A stretch of DNA of 64,000 bases from Phoronis australis (taxonomy: Eukaryota > Animalia > Phoronida). Both the position numbers and the translations under genes were made by a program. Location of the stretch: assembly GCA_002633005.1 (NCBI GenBank), contig NMRA01000935.1, forward strand, positions 1 to 64,000, read 5' to 3'. The notes beneath the pieces were generated by a model. The model had not been told where the DNA came from and made no database searches. It saw only the letters and a list, made by a program, of their open reading frames with translations. This document shows positions 53,371-64,000 of the stretch, piece by piece (the first letter of the stretch is position 1; each line of letters opens with the position of its first letter).

Positions 53371-53562
53371 ATTTTATTTATTGATTTCTTTACCTGGAAG
53401 GTCCTAATTAGCTCATGCTACAAATTTAAATATTCACGGTTTTAATGTGACGTAACATTTTTGATATCTGTCTAATATGGTTTACACCAGCCAATGAAAA
53501 GGAGGGTCCCATAACTAGAACAACTTCATATATGTCTACTGCCAAGTAACTGGTAAGCTTAC

Positions 53563-54798
53563 AGGAGAATGCAACGTGATCTATTTTGTTTTTGTCTTAA
53601 TCGGTCTATATCCACTTCACTTCTTGCACGTATACGGTCGATATCCCCTCGCCGAGAGGTGTCGCGTTAACCTGGGAGGAAAGTGAATAACCAACGCAAC
53701 GATGTCAGTGGTTCTTCAGCTGAGTGTTTGTCGCTATAATGAGGCGTATCGTTCCCGTTTGTGTGAAACACGAAGCTGGAAGGAACGCGGGTATGTCGTT
53801 TTTTTTTTCGATTTCGTCGCGAACCCGAAATGTTTCGGAAGTGGCTTGCGACCGTAAAGAATGAAAAATACGCCGTTAATACGTAGTGTGAAACCGTGAA
53901 ATATTTCCGTTCCTGTGGCCGGCCTTGCTCTGTTTCAAAACGAATTATTCTCACCCTAACCGGCGTTTCTATAAAACGGAAACAAAATTGTCTCTGAGTA
54001 GATGCAATTTGTAATGCCTTTGGGGTGTTCGGGAGTGCAAATGTTTTGAGAAACCGACAATGAATAAACCATTCTGCGTTACTGGCTTCAGATGCAATAA
54101 ACCAGTAATTGCCTGGGCGTCTGAGTGCATGCTAATTCAGTGTTTGACAACAGAAAACTGTTGTGAAACAATACATGTAACTCTTATATATGATATGGTC
54201 CGATGTCAGGGGAACCTTATTTGGTTATATATGAATTATTCGAATCATTCCTATTGTGCACCTTTTCCCTGTACGGTTCTATGGAAGTGCAACCTGACTT
54301 GCTAGCGCCCGACGAGTAAGTAGATTTGCAATTTCGAAGCCAATTCACCAAAATATTCACGTGCACATTATTTTTGGTTCACTAATCTAGTCTTTTCGTG
54401 ACTGGAAGTTCAGTTTTCAACTTTGGCAGCCGAATAACTCGGCTTGTTTATATCCGCGACGGACCTGATCGAGTTCCAGACCACTGGGTTATACCCTGCG
54501 TTTTGTTTGCTTAGAACTAAAAAAAAATCTCAACACTAAAATCAAAACACACGGTTATGCTCGTCTGTCTGTTTTTGACGGTAGAATAATTCTTATTTAT
54601 GACGGAATAGATCAAAACTTAATTATCGCAACCGACCTCGGTAAGTTGGCATATCGAGCTTTGAAGGTTGCCGTAGTACGTTAAAAATTTCTATAGATCT
54701 GTAACAGCGAAATAAAACAACTCGTTTGTTTAAAAACTCAATGCATTTGTATCGATTTGCATCGAAATTTGCTGATTTATTGGTGAAAAGCGATGAAG
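53563..54798. mobile_element. Kolobok-like family K, copy 3 (one end lost)
   Basis: TTAC|AGGAGAATGCAAC start; colinear with 48056-49290; ends where the composite repeat begins. Confidence 0.8.
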
Positions 54799-54804
54799 CT
54801 CCTA

Positions 54805-55545
54805 GGGCGATAATTCTCCAAAGTCCACTCGTGCTCTAGATAAGGGGGATAACGACTGAGAAATGTAATAATCTATTTATACTACATACTGAACGAGAAA
54901 CATTGTAATGAATCGATCTACCTTTCTCGACTCGCCTCAGCTTTTTTAACTACTTCCTATGTCAGAGGCCTGAGGTCGGAGGTCGTGACATTTCAAGAAA
55001 TGCTGGGTTTTTCTTGTTAAAACGGTGTTTTTACTTAAAACCAAATAAAAATTGAAACAAAATATAACTAAATTTACACATCTTATCATGCTAAGCTTCC
55101 ACCGTGAAAATATTGTATGCTAAAGTAGGTTACTTGTTACTTAGTTTGATGTCCAAGTCAAAGCATTCCGACCACACGTTATTGGCATTCAAACTGGAGA
55201 TCGATGATTTATGGGTGAGAGAAAATGACTGATAAATTTTACTGAATTAAGGATATCATTTTTTATTGAAATTTTGCTTCTTATTTTTCATTGCGTATAA
55301 ATGTCGGTACAAGCTGTTTGTTGAACATATGATTGTTGCGCGTGCTCATTTAAGTATTCTATTTTCACGCCCGATGACGTGAGCCGTTGAGTGGTGCAGT
55401 GGTAAAGTCGACTGCCCGAAACTCCTGAGGGCCGGGTTCGAAACCGGACACGGTTTCCCGCCAAAATGTTATTTAACGTCGTTAAATAACTAAATAGGTT
55501 ATTAAACTGTTGTATTGGCCATTCGAGGCCGATATTGTGGTATCA
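54805..55545 (+). mobile_element. Composite repeat with tRNA-like segment (55383-55455), copy 2
   Basis: A box TGGTGCAGTGG, B box GGTTCGAAACC, T-stem CCGG/CCGG, anticodon arm broken; homologous to 42985-43740. Confidence 0.75.
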
Positions 55546-55639
55546 ATAATAAAACAATACGTTTTGCAAAGCTAGGTTACAATAGGTTGCATAGGTCGAA
55601 ATAATGCGTTTCCAAAGAAAATTTTAGACTGGGATCCCA

Positions 55640-56170
55640 AAGCGTTTTGGGCATGAAAAGGTAATCAAATTTCTTTGGTGCCACAGTACTCTATGGGTAT
55701 TCTCATGCTTGGATATGGTCGTCAGGCAGGTTCGCTCTGGTGGGTGTGGTCAGGGGAGCCAAGAGAATGACACCAAAAAATTGAGCTAGGTCAACTTTTT
55801 TGGTAACCACTTCAAACTGCCTTCGATACCTACTGCGTAATCCACTGTAACAAAATTCAGTGGTGGAGAGTATCAGCCAGACGGTTGAAAACAAGGGAAA
55901 ATCTGAGCTAGATCAATCCAAGAGGTAACCGCATGAAACCAATTGCATAATATTCACCGTGAGCCCAGGTGTCACGAATGAACACTGCCAGACCAATCTA
56001 GCATTGGGTTAGCCCAGACACACACGCCCAAGTACCTGAGTTGAGCTAGATCAACCCAACAGGTAACCGTTGAAACCAATCGCCCGATGTTCAGTATCAC
56101 TGCACGTGGCACAACAGTAAGATGGCTAACAATTTCAGCGGTGGGGTGCCCCATGTCAGACAAATAAAGA
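55640..56170 (-). repeat. Dispersed repeat family E
   Basis: Reverse-complement similarity to 25870-26590. Confidence 0.75.
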
Positions 56171-56599
56171 GTCGAAACAAAATTGATTATAATCCCATTC
56201 ACGCTGAACCAGGCACTAAGATTTTTAATAAAGCCAGTGAGTCCGTACGACATAGAGGCCAGGTGAGAGATCTTTGTCTGCAAGTTTACGTTTAGGCATG
56301 AAAACCAGAAACATCGCGCCCGAAGTTGGAGTGACCTCACAAGTCCATGCGACAACAGCGTAATACTCCATAGGATTTAAAACAAAACTTAAAAACCCGT
56401 CCGTGACGGATGGCACATTGTGTTTGAGTGTGGTGAGTCATTTGATGCAACTGCTATAACGAGGAATAGTCGAAATGCCGTCTTTCGCTGTCGTCTGCCT
56501 ATGTATGCGCACCAACTACGGTTACTTCATTTCACACAGTAAGTAATGGCAAATTTGGCAAAACATCTTTCTCATAAACCGAGCCCGCAGAAAACTCCA

Positions 56600-56780
56600 G
56601 AGATGCGTCAAGACCAGTGACGTTAGTTAGTGGCTATGTGAACATTTTCCCGACAATGCTAGATGTATTCTTTGCCCGGAACAGCCCAAACTACGCCCGA
56701 TGGGAAATATTGTTTTACCAAAAGCTGAAATTCACAGACCCAACATTACGTGAAGCGCTGAAAAACGGTGCGACTATTCA
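56600..56780 (+). mobile_element. Academ-like transposase fragment
   Basis: MLDVFFARNSPNYARW...LKNGA resembles the FFA.N..NYARW motif I recall from Academ-type transposases (not verified by search). Confidence 0.5.
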
Positions 56781-57226
56781 CCTTTCTTTCAAACAGTCCG
56801 TATTTTTATCTTTGATATGGTGTTCTCCAAAAAGACTGAAAACACCTCTGCAGCACCTGATATTGAGTCCGTATGCCGAGTCATCGTGTTAGATTGCGTG
56901 GAAACTATCAAAGCTGTAACGTAGGTAAAATTCTGTTCTGGTTGCGAACTTGTTATTTGCAATTCGTGGGAAGAACGAGTCCTGGCAGTTTTTCAGTTTA
57001 GTTAGATTGGCATTTGCACGACACAGATATGCAAACAATGGGACTGTTCCTTTTTTGTTTTCACAGTGAACATAAAACACGTTCAAATTAATTATTCAGG
57101 GGTATCCAACCACCATGTGTAATCTTTGTGGAAATAGTGACTGATTTGCAGTTGAATCAAATAAAGATTATAGTTTGTGTTTCACCTTTTACTTTTATTA
57201 TTAATTTTATTCTTTTATTAATAGTA

Positions 57227-57330
57227 CAGGCCCGTAGCCGTAGCCAGGGGGGTTCAGTGGTTCAATCGAACTCCTCCTCTGATAAAAAGGTGCTGCCCCA
57301 GCTTATTCGTTAAAGATAGGATATAACTGG

Positions 57331-57406
<76 letters not shown>

Positions 57407-57710
57407 AACTGTTGTACATGTAGCTACTGGTGCTACTAACTACAATGCACAATGATAAATAAGTTGGTAATAATTTTGAATTTGCTTCTGATTCAAAGCG
57501 CTTCACGTGCATCGGTGTGTACTCGGCCAACTTCGCCCGAGTGCCGCTGTTTGTGTAAATGACAGGATCGTGTATTCGATAAGAGGAAGCTTTATGTTAT
57601 TCATAAACCACGTGCGTGGTGGCTTCACCAAAGGGTAACAGTGGAGTCTAGAAGTGAAAGTCTATACCTGAGCATAAAAGTCTAGCCCTACGACCTAAGT
57701 GAGCTACATG
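57227..57710 (+). repeat. CAGGCCCGTAGCC-type end + family C copy
   Basis: Same arrangement at 62945-63945; homologous to 23795-24100. Confidence 0.75.
57331..57406 (+). repeat. (CAA)n microsatellite, ~25 units
   Basis: Perfect trinucleotide run. Confidence 0.98.
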
Positions 57711-59424
57711 TCAGGGCAGTAGGAAGCGGGAGACCGGCGTCAGGGTTAAACCGTGGTAACCGACATAGACTTGGGGCCGGGGACAGTCGAGAAAAGAAAG
57801 ACTGCGAAATACGTATGAGGGAGAAAATTCAAGAGAACTCTGCATCAGTGCCTGGTTTACCTTTTGAGGACCCTGGCAGCACAGGTCGTCTAAACCCATC
57901 CATATATTTCGAAAAATCGATAAAATTTGTAATGCGAAGCTTTTGCGGAGCCTACTAATTTATTGGATGTTTAAATTCAATAAGACAATTTTTGCGATCG
58001 CAAAACTATATTTTCCAGAAGCCCCTCTCTGGCAAGGGATAACGGAGACAACTTTCGCTTTATTTTTTTTCTCGAAAGTGTATATCACTTGAGAAAAACT
58101 GATGACCTGACAGATAAAATCAATTGTTGCGCATTTTCTGATATTTGATAATATAGGTATCTTCATATTTAGGGGCCCTGGCCTTGAAAGAGGCTATTAA
58201 TGACATTCAAGTGGCCATCTTTTTGTGTTTTTATTAACAAATTATTAAGGGTCCAATGTTGGAATCTTTTACCTCTATTTTCATGTTTTTTGTGAAATCG
58301 GGCAACCGGCTTTCATGTTGAAGGAGGTCACTCCCTGCATCGCTTTGGGACCACACGACAGTGAAATGAAAGGTCCCTCTATATATGTAAATCCGACAGT
58401 GCCAAGTATTCACGAGGGAAGTTGAGACTCCAAATTCATCAAAAAAACACAAAACATTCATGCACAGCACAGCCATTCGACCCAAACAACCAAAAAATGT
58501 GAAAAAATACAGTGGGATTGCCGCCATCGAAAGGGTGGAATTTTGAAGAACGCGAAGACCACTGCACAAATGGACTATTTCCGATGGTTAGTTATAAAAT
58601 AATGTTACTGTTTCCCGTAGTATCACAAGAATAGTATCTCTTTTGAAGATGGTTAGTACATGTATGAGTTGTTTTTAAGAAATTCCCACATGTGGAATAC
58701 ACTGCTGTCTAGGCTACTATTTGTAGTTATCGTGTACATGTCGAGAGGGGTAGGCCTACTCAAAGAACTCTCGCAATCATCAACAAAGATTTCAGCGTTT
58801 TTTGTCAGTGGAGTTCAAGTTTACATCGTAAACCGTTATAGGTACCGCTGAAATGAGCAAATATACACCTTAATAGGTATGCCCCATTTCCCATGTTCCC
58901 CGGGTTACCTGTCAAAAGCGTGAGCATGCATGCGGAAGTTGCTTATAACATTCCGTTTTGATAAACAAATTCGTTGGTTTCTGACTTACTTGTTTATGTA
59001 TATACAAAACTGGATAGATTCATAGATAATTTTTGACAATTAGAAGCTAATCGTGTAGGAACTGATGATGTTTCAGTGAATTAAATAGCAGTCTGAAGTT
59101 GGGAAAACTCTATAATCCGATCCCCAAAGACTAAAGTACACTTAGACGATTTTTAGATATTTAAAATAACCCTCAAAGGCATTGATGAAATTCGGACACA
59201 CAAACCGTAGATAGAAAAAACGTTTTAAAAATCCTTAAATAAACAAAATTAAACTCATTGCTTGGAAAGGTTGTCTTTGGACTTCCTTGGTGGTTTTTGT
59301 TTCCAGTAGTATTCAGTAGTGAATTTTTGTCCTTCAAAACTGAATTGATTGCTTGCCCTAACTCGCGTGCATGTCATGACTGACGTACACACGTTAAAAA
59401 GGGTGGCAGTGTTCATTCGTGATA

Positions 59425-59755
59425 CCTGGACTCACGGAAATGTTTTGCAACTGGTTTAATGTGGTTACCTCTCATTTTTTACCTTGTTTATAACCGTCTG
59501 GCTGATACTTCCCAACACTGAAATTGTCCGGCAGTGACCAATTTTGATACAGTGGATTACCAAGTAGGCATCGAAGGCCGTTTGAAGTGGTTACCAGAAA
59601 AGTTGATCTAGCTCAATTTTTGAGTGTCAATCTCTTTGCTCCCATGACCACACCCACCAGAGCGAACCTGCAAGACAGCCATTTCCAAGCATGAGGAAAC
59701 CCATAGAGCACTGTGACACCAACGAAAATTGGTTACATTTTCATGCTCAAAAAAC
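59425..59755 (+). repeat. Dispersed repeat family E
   Basis: Colinear similarity to 26240-26590. Confidence 0.75.
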
Positions 59756-60290
59756 AATAGGTGCTGAGAACATTAGGCATATGGATATGAGCTTTTGAGG
59801 AAGGTGGGAAAAGTCCTTTTTATGCCAAATTATTTCACATTTTTGTCTCAAAATTTAATCATTTTAAATTTGCGTTATGGGATTGTTTCTGCTATAACAA
59901 CCAAGACAACAGAACAATTACAAAGTTTCGTTCGTCAGATCACTTACAATTCGTAATTACAGTAATATACTCAAGACTTACATTTGCAAGTCACTTTTTC
60001 ACACTCCTAGAATCATCAGTAAAACTAAAATACCCTGTTCTGTTCTTGATACGATAAACACCCACGGCTTCTCACTAGCTTGAATTTCAAGATATTACAG
60101 GAACAAAGTATTAGATGCTTACTATTCAGTGACTCCATCTGCTTCTATATCCTCCGTGAATAATAGCATACAAATAGTATCATGACACAGAAACACTGCT
60201 CATTCTTACACACACACGTGCATGGAAATACAAATGTACTTATCATTTACACACGTTGTATTTTAGTAAGTGTTATATGAGTGAATAAAT

Positions 60291-60292
<2 letters not shown>

Positions 60293-60321
<29 letters not shown>
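60293..60321 (+). repeat. (TC)n microsatellite abutting an N at 60322
   Basis: Dinucleotide run; true length uncertain. Confidence 0.95.
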
Positions 60322-60492
60322 NTCCCTCCCTCCGAGAAAGAAAAAGTTTAATCGGGTACTGGGGAGCGCATTTGTTTAAGTATGTTAGTGGTTTTTGAAG
60401 GAAGTCAACATTTGACTCCAATCTGCAACATAAGCGGCTTGGCAAAAAATAGAAAATACTAAGATTTTGCTGAGTCTTCTTTTGTTCCGTAG

Positions 60493-60669
60493 CATGTACA
60501 GATACAAATGGTCAGACTCACCAACGGAACGACACGTGGGAGGAGACAAGGGACAACGTGGCTACGTTTGACTGTGAGTGTACCAATGAAGTAACGTGGA
60601 TCTATCCCTACCACTTGCCGTTGAGTTTGCGCAACAAAATTCCACCGTTTCCAACCTGCTATCGAAGAG
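60493..60669 (+). CDS. Gene B, exon 3: FN1-like module 1 (TCTDTNGQTHQRNDTWEETRDNVATFDCECTNEVTWIYPYHLPLSLRNKIPPFPTCYRRG)
   Basis: TCTTCTTTTGTTCCGTAG acceptor, AG|GTATGC donor, 177 nt, phase 1-1, no stops; paralogous to 2566-2709. Confidence 0.9.
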
Positions 60670-61036
60670 GTATGCTCTTTTTACTCATTCAGAGCATAAC
60701 AATATTCCATGATATTACCTAACCTGCAACATTGCAAAAAGAACTTGGTAGTAGGTAATTAGAAATTACTTCAATAATATATGGATTCATCAATCGAAAT
60801 GACATGTAAGAAACAGATCAGACCTAACTGAAAGTATGGGTATAGTGAACCATTTTGAATAAACTGCGTAGTAAGATAACAGTTTTCGCATCCGATTCCC
60901 ACTTACGTAAACCCATGCAGTAGATGTATGCTAAAAAGACATTGTTTATCGATTTAATTGGAACAGCACACGTCAATCTATCATTATGCAGGGTAAAACG
61001 TGGCCCAAATCACCATGATCATGCCTTTGTTTTAAG

Positions 61037-61179
61037 GTTGTCTTCGTTACGACGACGTTCACATGGAGTACGGCGACTGGTTTTTATTCGGCGGAGAGAA
61101 CTGCACTTGCGTCAACGAACCAGATCCCCTCTATGAGGATTACGAATTCCATTCGCACGTGAAATGTGAGCCTGTGTAG
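61037..61179 (+). CDS. Gene B, last exon: FN1-like module 2 (GCLRYDDVHMEYGDWFLFGGENCTCVNEPDPLYEDYEFHSHVKCEPV*)
   Basis: CCTTTGTTTTAAG acceptor, phase 1, TAG at 61177-61179; paralogous to 3701-3858. Confidence 0.9.
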
Positions 61180-62944
61180 CAAACATTCCGAGTTTTCACA
61201 TTTACTTGTAAAGAATGAAGTGGAAACATACATGTAGACGTTGATGTGGAGATTTGTTGACATTTTATATACTCAGAAACTCTGGAATTCGATTCGACGT
61301 CAATAGAATTGTGCCACGTTAGAATAGAGTTACCTTGAAATTATCCACATTCCTTAAAGCTGCTATCAATTCGCCCTCCGCTAGAAAAAGTAATTTCTTA
61401 TTTAGACAGCTTTTAAACGTTATGAAATTGGTCTGAAATTGTTCTCCAGTCAAAATAGGTGTGATTGCTTGAAACTACATGTAGGCGCTACAAGTTGACT
61501 TAACGCGGCGTGTCACTTGATGCGCCTAAATTGTTCAGTCGAGTGACGAGTTGTTGATTCTTTGCAAGACCAAAAATCGCATCCCACTTGAGTAAGGAAC
61601 CATTGAGGCAATTTTATAGCGGTGAGTAGTCTAAATCAGCATCTAACTTCTTCGGTACCGCTTTAACACATGTCGTCATAACAAAATGAAATTCAATCAA
61701 GAATGGTCACTACTGTTTCCGTCATTTCTTTAAGCGGCAATAATCCCGCGTTCCGTCGAAGAAATTATCATTTTTATTTAATCCTCTTACAGCTGTGAAA
61801 TTGATCCCAACTTGTTACTTACACATATAAAAAGGGACACTTTGTGTCACGTTTTCCCACTTGGATTGGGTTGGTGCAGGTTGTTTCCGTCCAGTGCTAA
61901 TAGCTTTCGGTACGACGATAGACTAAAGACTGGTTCAAGCTTATCAATTAAGAGTGACCCCGTATAAAAACCAACAACCAGAGTCTTTACTCAAAATCAC
62001 AGATATTTTGAGACATAGCACATGAGTTAGGCTCGATGGGATGTAGACAAATTTCGCTTGTTAGGAATTTTCATCCATTATTTCTTTTTTTATCACCTGT
62101 ACATGTACCTCCATTTTGCAACAAAATTGGGCCCCGAAGTAGACATATTTGAATGCATTTTACTAGCATGTATAGTAAGCTGATAACAAATGAGTGAGAC
62201 AGTTTGAAAGAACAATAATTAAATAGTTTAATTGCACGACTTTCAAATTGTATGTTTTGATTATGTGTGGCAAAAACGACTACCTTGAAGGTTTTCACTG
62301 GAGCCATTTTCGGCCAACTTTGTAGCAGCCATATTGCACCTTTCCAAAAACTGACAGTTGCCTCAACTACCAATAGGTGGCTCTTATAATAATTTGTTCA
62401 CTCATTCCTACTCTGTCCATAGTCTAAATTAGACCATCTTTGCTTTCCCGTAGTTTTTGCTTACGAAGCATTACATGAAGCGCACGTGGTCCTATCTGCC
62501 TTTTCTCAGTTCCCTCAATCACCAATAGGGGGCTTTTGGAACATGTAATTAGCTTGTAAAAACACGACCCTCTGTTTACTGTAAAAAAATCGTCAACACG
62601 GTCAAAACTCATTGTAATTATGCGTTCTTATTGTTCCAAATTTTGTCTTTAAGCACATGATACCCTCGATAAGTCTTTACAAATAACAATTCTTACAAGG
62701 TATTGATTTCTAATTAAAAACTCTAAAGAGTGTTTAGATTAACCTGTGAATGGAAGAAAATAAGAGAGTTACAAGGTTTTTATAAATCCTCAAACCTAAT
62801 GTCAACTGACTCACTGAGCAAAGGTCATCGGGTTCAGTTTTAAAACTGACCGAGCAATACATGCAGAACTCAACTTGTTTTCATTTGAGAGAGCTTAGAC
62901 TTGATTTTTACATCAATTTTTATCAAATTTTCGTTGAAATGGTC

Positions 62945-63945
62945 CAGGCCCGTAGCCAGGGGGGCTCGGGGGTTCGATCGAACCCCCCCCCCGCGGAAAA
63001 GGTCCAGCCCCGACCTATCCGTTAAAGATGGAACATAGATAGACAACAACAACAAAATTGTTGCAGTTACTGGTACTACTACCTACAATCATAAACTAAG
63101 TCACTAATAATTTTGAATTTAGTTCACATCGGGCCGTGCCAGGTCAACTTCGTCCGAATGATGTTTGATGATAGGATCGTGCAGACGATTAGAGGATGCT
63201 TTATGTTATTCATCGGCATTGGTGGCTACAACATAGGGTAACACAAGAATCTAGAAGTTAATGGCTATACCTTAATAGGCTACCGTATATAGCAGCGAGA
63301 GAGCTCCCAAAAAGTAGTTCCGTGTGAAAGTTTTAAAATCGACCAAGAAACAAAATAGCAAAAAGTAGGTTTATCTGCTATTTTGATAGTGGCAGAGTAC
63401 GGTAAAGTGCAGACATTTTCAAATTTCCGGCCACTTTGATTGTGGATTGGTGGATGACATGCATGCGTATACACGTGTGTGCGTTTCCATTCTTTTAAAC
63501 TCAGTACACGCCTATGATAATTAAATTCACTATAGGCAGTCCTCCGTCGTTGCTCAAAAATCAGACATTTAACTACATGGGCGGCGCACAATAGGGGGTT
63601 GGAGGGCTATAGTCCCCACTTTTTTCAGTGCTATGCCGCCCCAACGAACATGTTCATATTATTAGGGAAAAGTAGGTCTAGACCTAATAAAAACTTGGGT
63701 CAATGAAGAAAATCTTTTCTTGTCAATCAGTGCCGATGGCGCTCGGCCTCGCAAGCGTCATACGAACAAAAAAACTTGATGAAAAAGATTTCCAAGGTTA
63801 CATGTCACTATTCCGAATGTTTATCACTCCGAAAGTCCACTACTCCGAAGTAACTGCAAAGGTTCGCTACCTTCGAAAGTTCACTCTACTTCGAATGTCC
63901 ACAATTCGAAACCAAAACTCCGACAGTTCATTACTCTACCTTGTC
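62945..63945 (+). repeat. CAGGCCCGTAGCC-type end + family C copy
   Basis: Colinear with 23795-24730 and 57227-57710. Confidence 0.78.
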
Positions 63946-64000
63946 TGCTAACGAGTCGGAACTGAAATGAGAAAAGTATTGTATTTGTGCCCATTTAGTA

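Noticed and set aside
55383-55455. Functional tRNA gene
   Set aside because: Anticodon stem does not pair and the sequence is part of a dispersed repeat.
57303-57530. Poly-valine ORF
   Set aside because: Antisense reading of the (CAA)n microsatellite.

Overview
AT-rich animal (invertebrate-like) genomic DNA, not prokaryotic; almost all ORFs in the supplied track are spurious or transposon relics. Main finding: two tandem, same-strand paralogues of a small spliced gene, mostly missed by the ORF track, encoding a secreted Cys-rich protein. Gene B appears complete (exons 30533-30648, 51969-52069, 60493-60669, 61037-61179; 178 aa; TATA box, signal peptide, RLAR convertase site, one 4-Cys module and two fibronectin-type-I-like 4-Cys modules). 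Gene A is cut by the window start (exons <1-85, 2566-2709, 3701-3858). The proteins are only ~30-40% identical by hand alignment, while the flanking intron and 3'UTR sequence is clearly more conserved. Between the genes lies an ~18 kb head-to-tail array of Helentron/HINE-like rolling-circle elements containing a decayed BEL/Pao retrotransposon. The rest is transposon debris (Kolobok-like MITEs, Gypsy, L1/Tx1, RTE, HERO-type RLE LINE, THAP, Academ-like, Penelope-like), foldbacks and microsatellites. All calls are by eye, without database searches.
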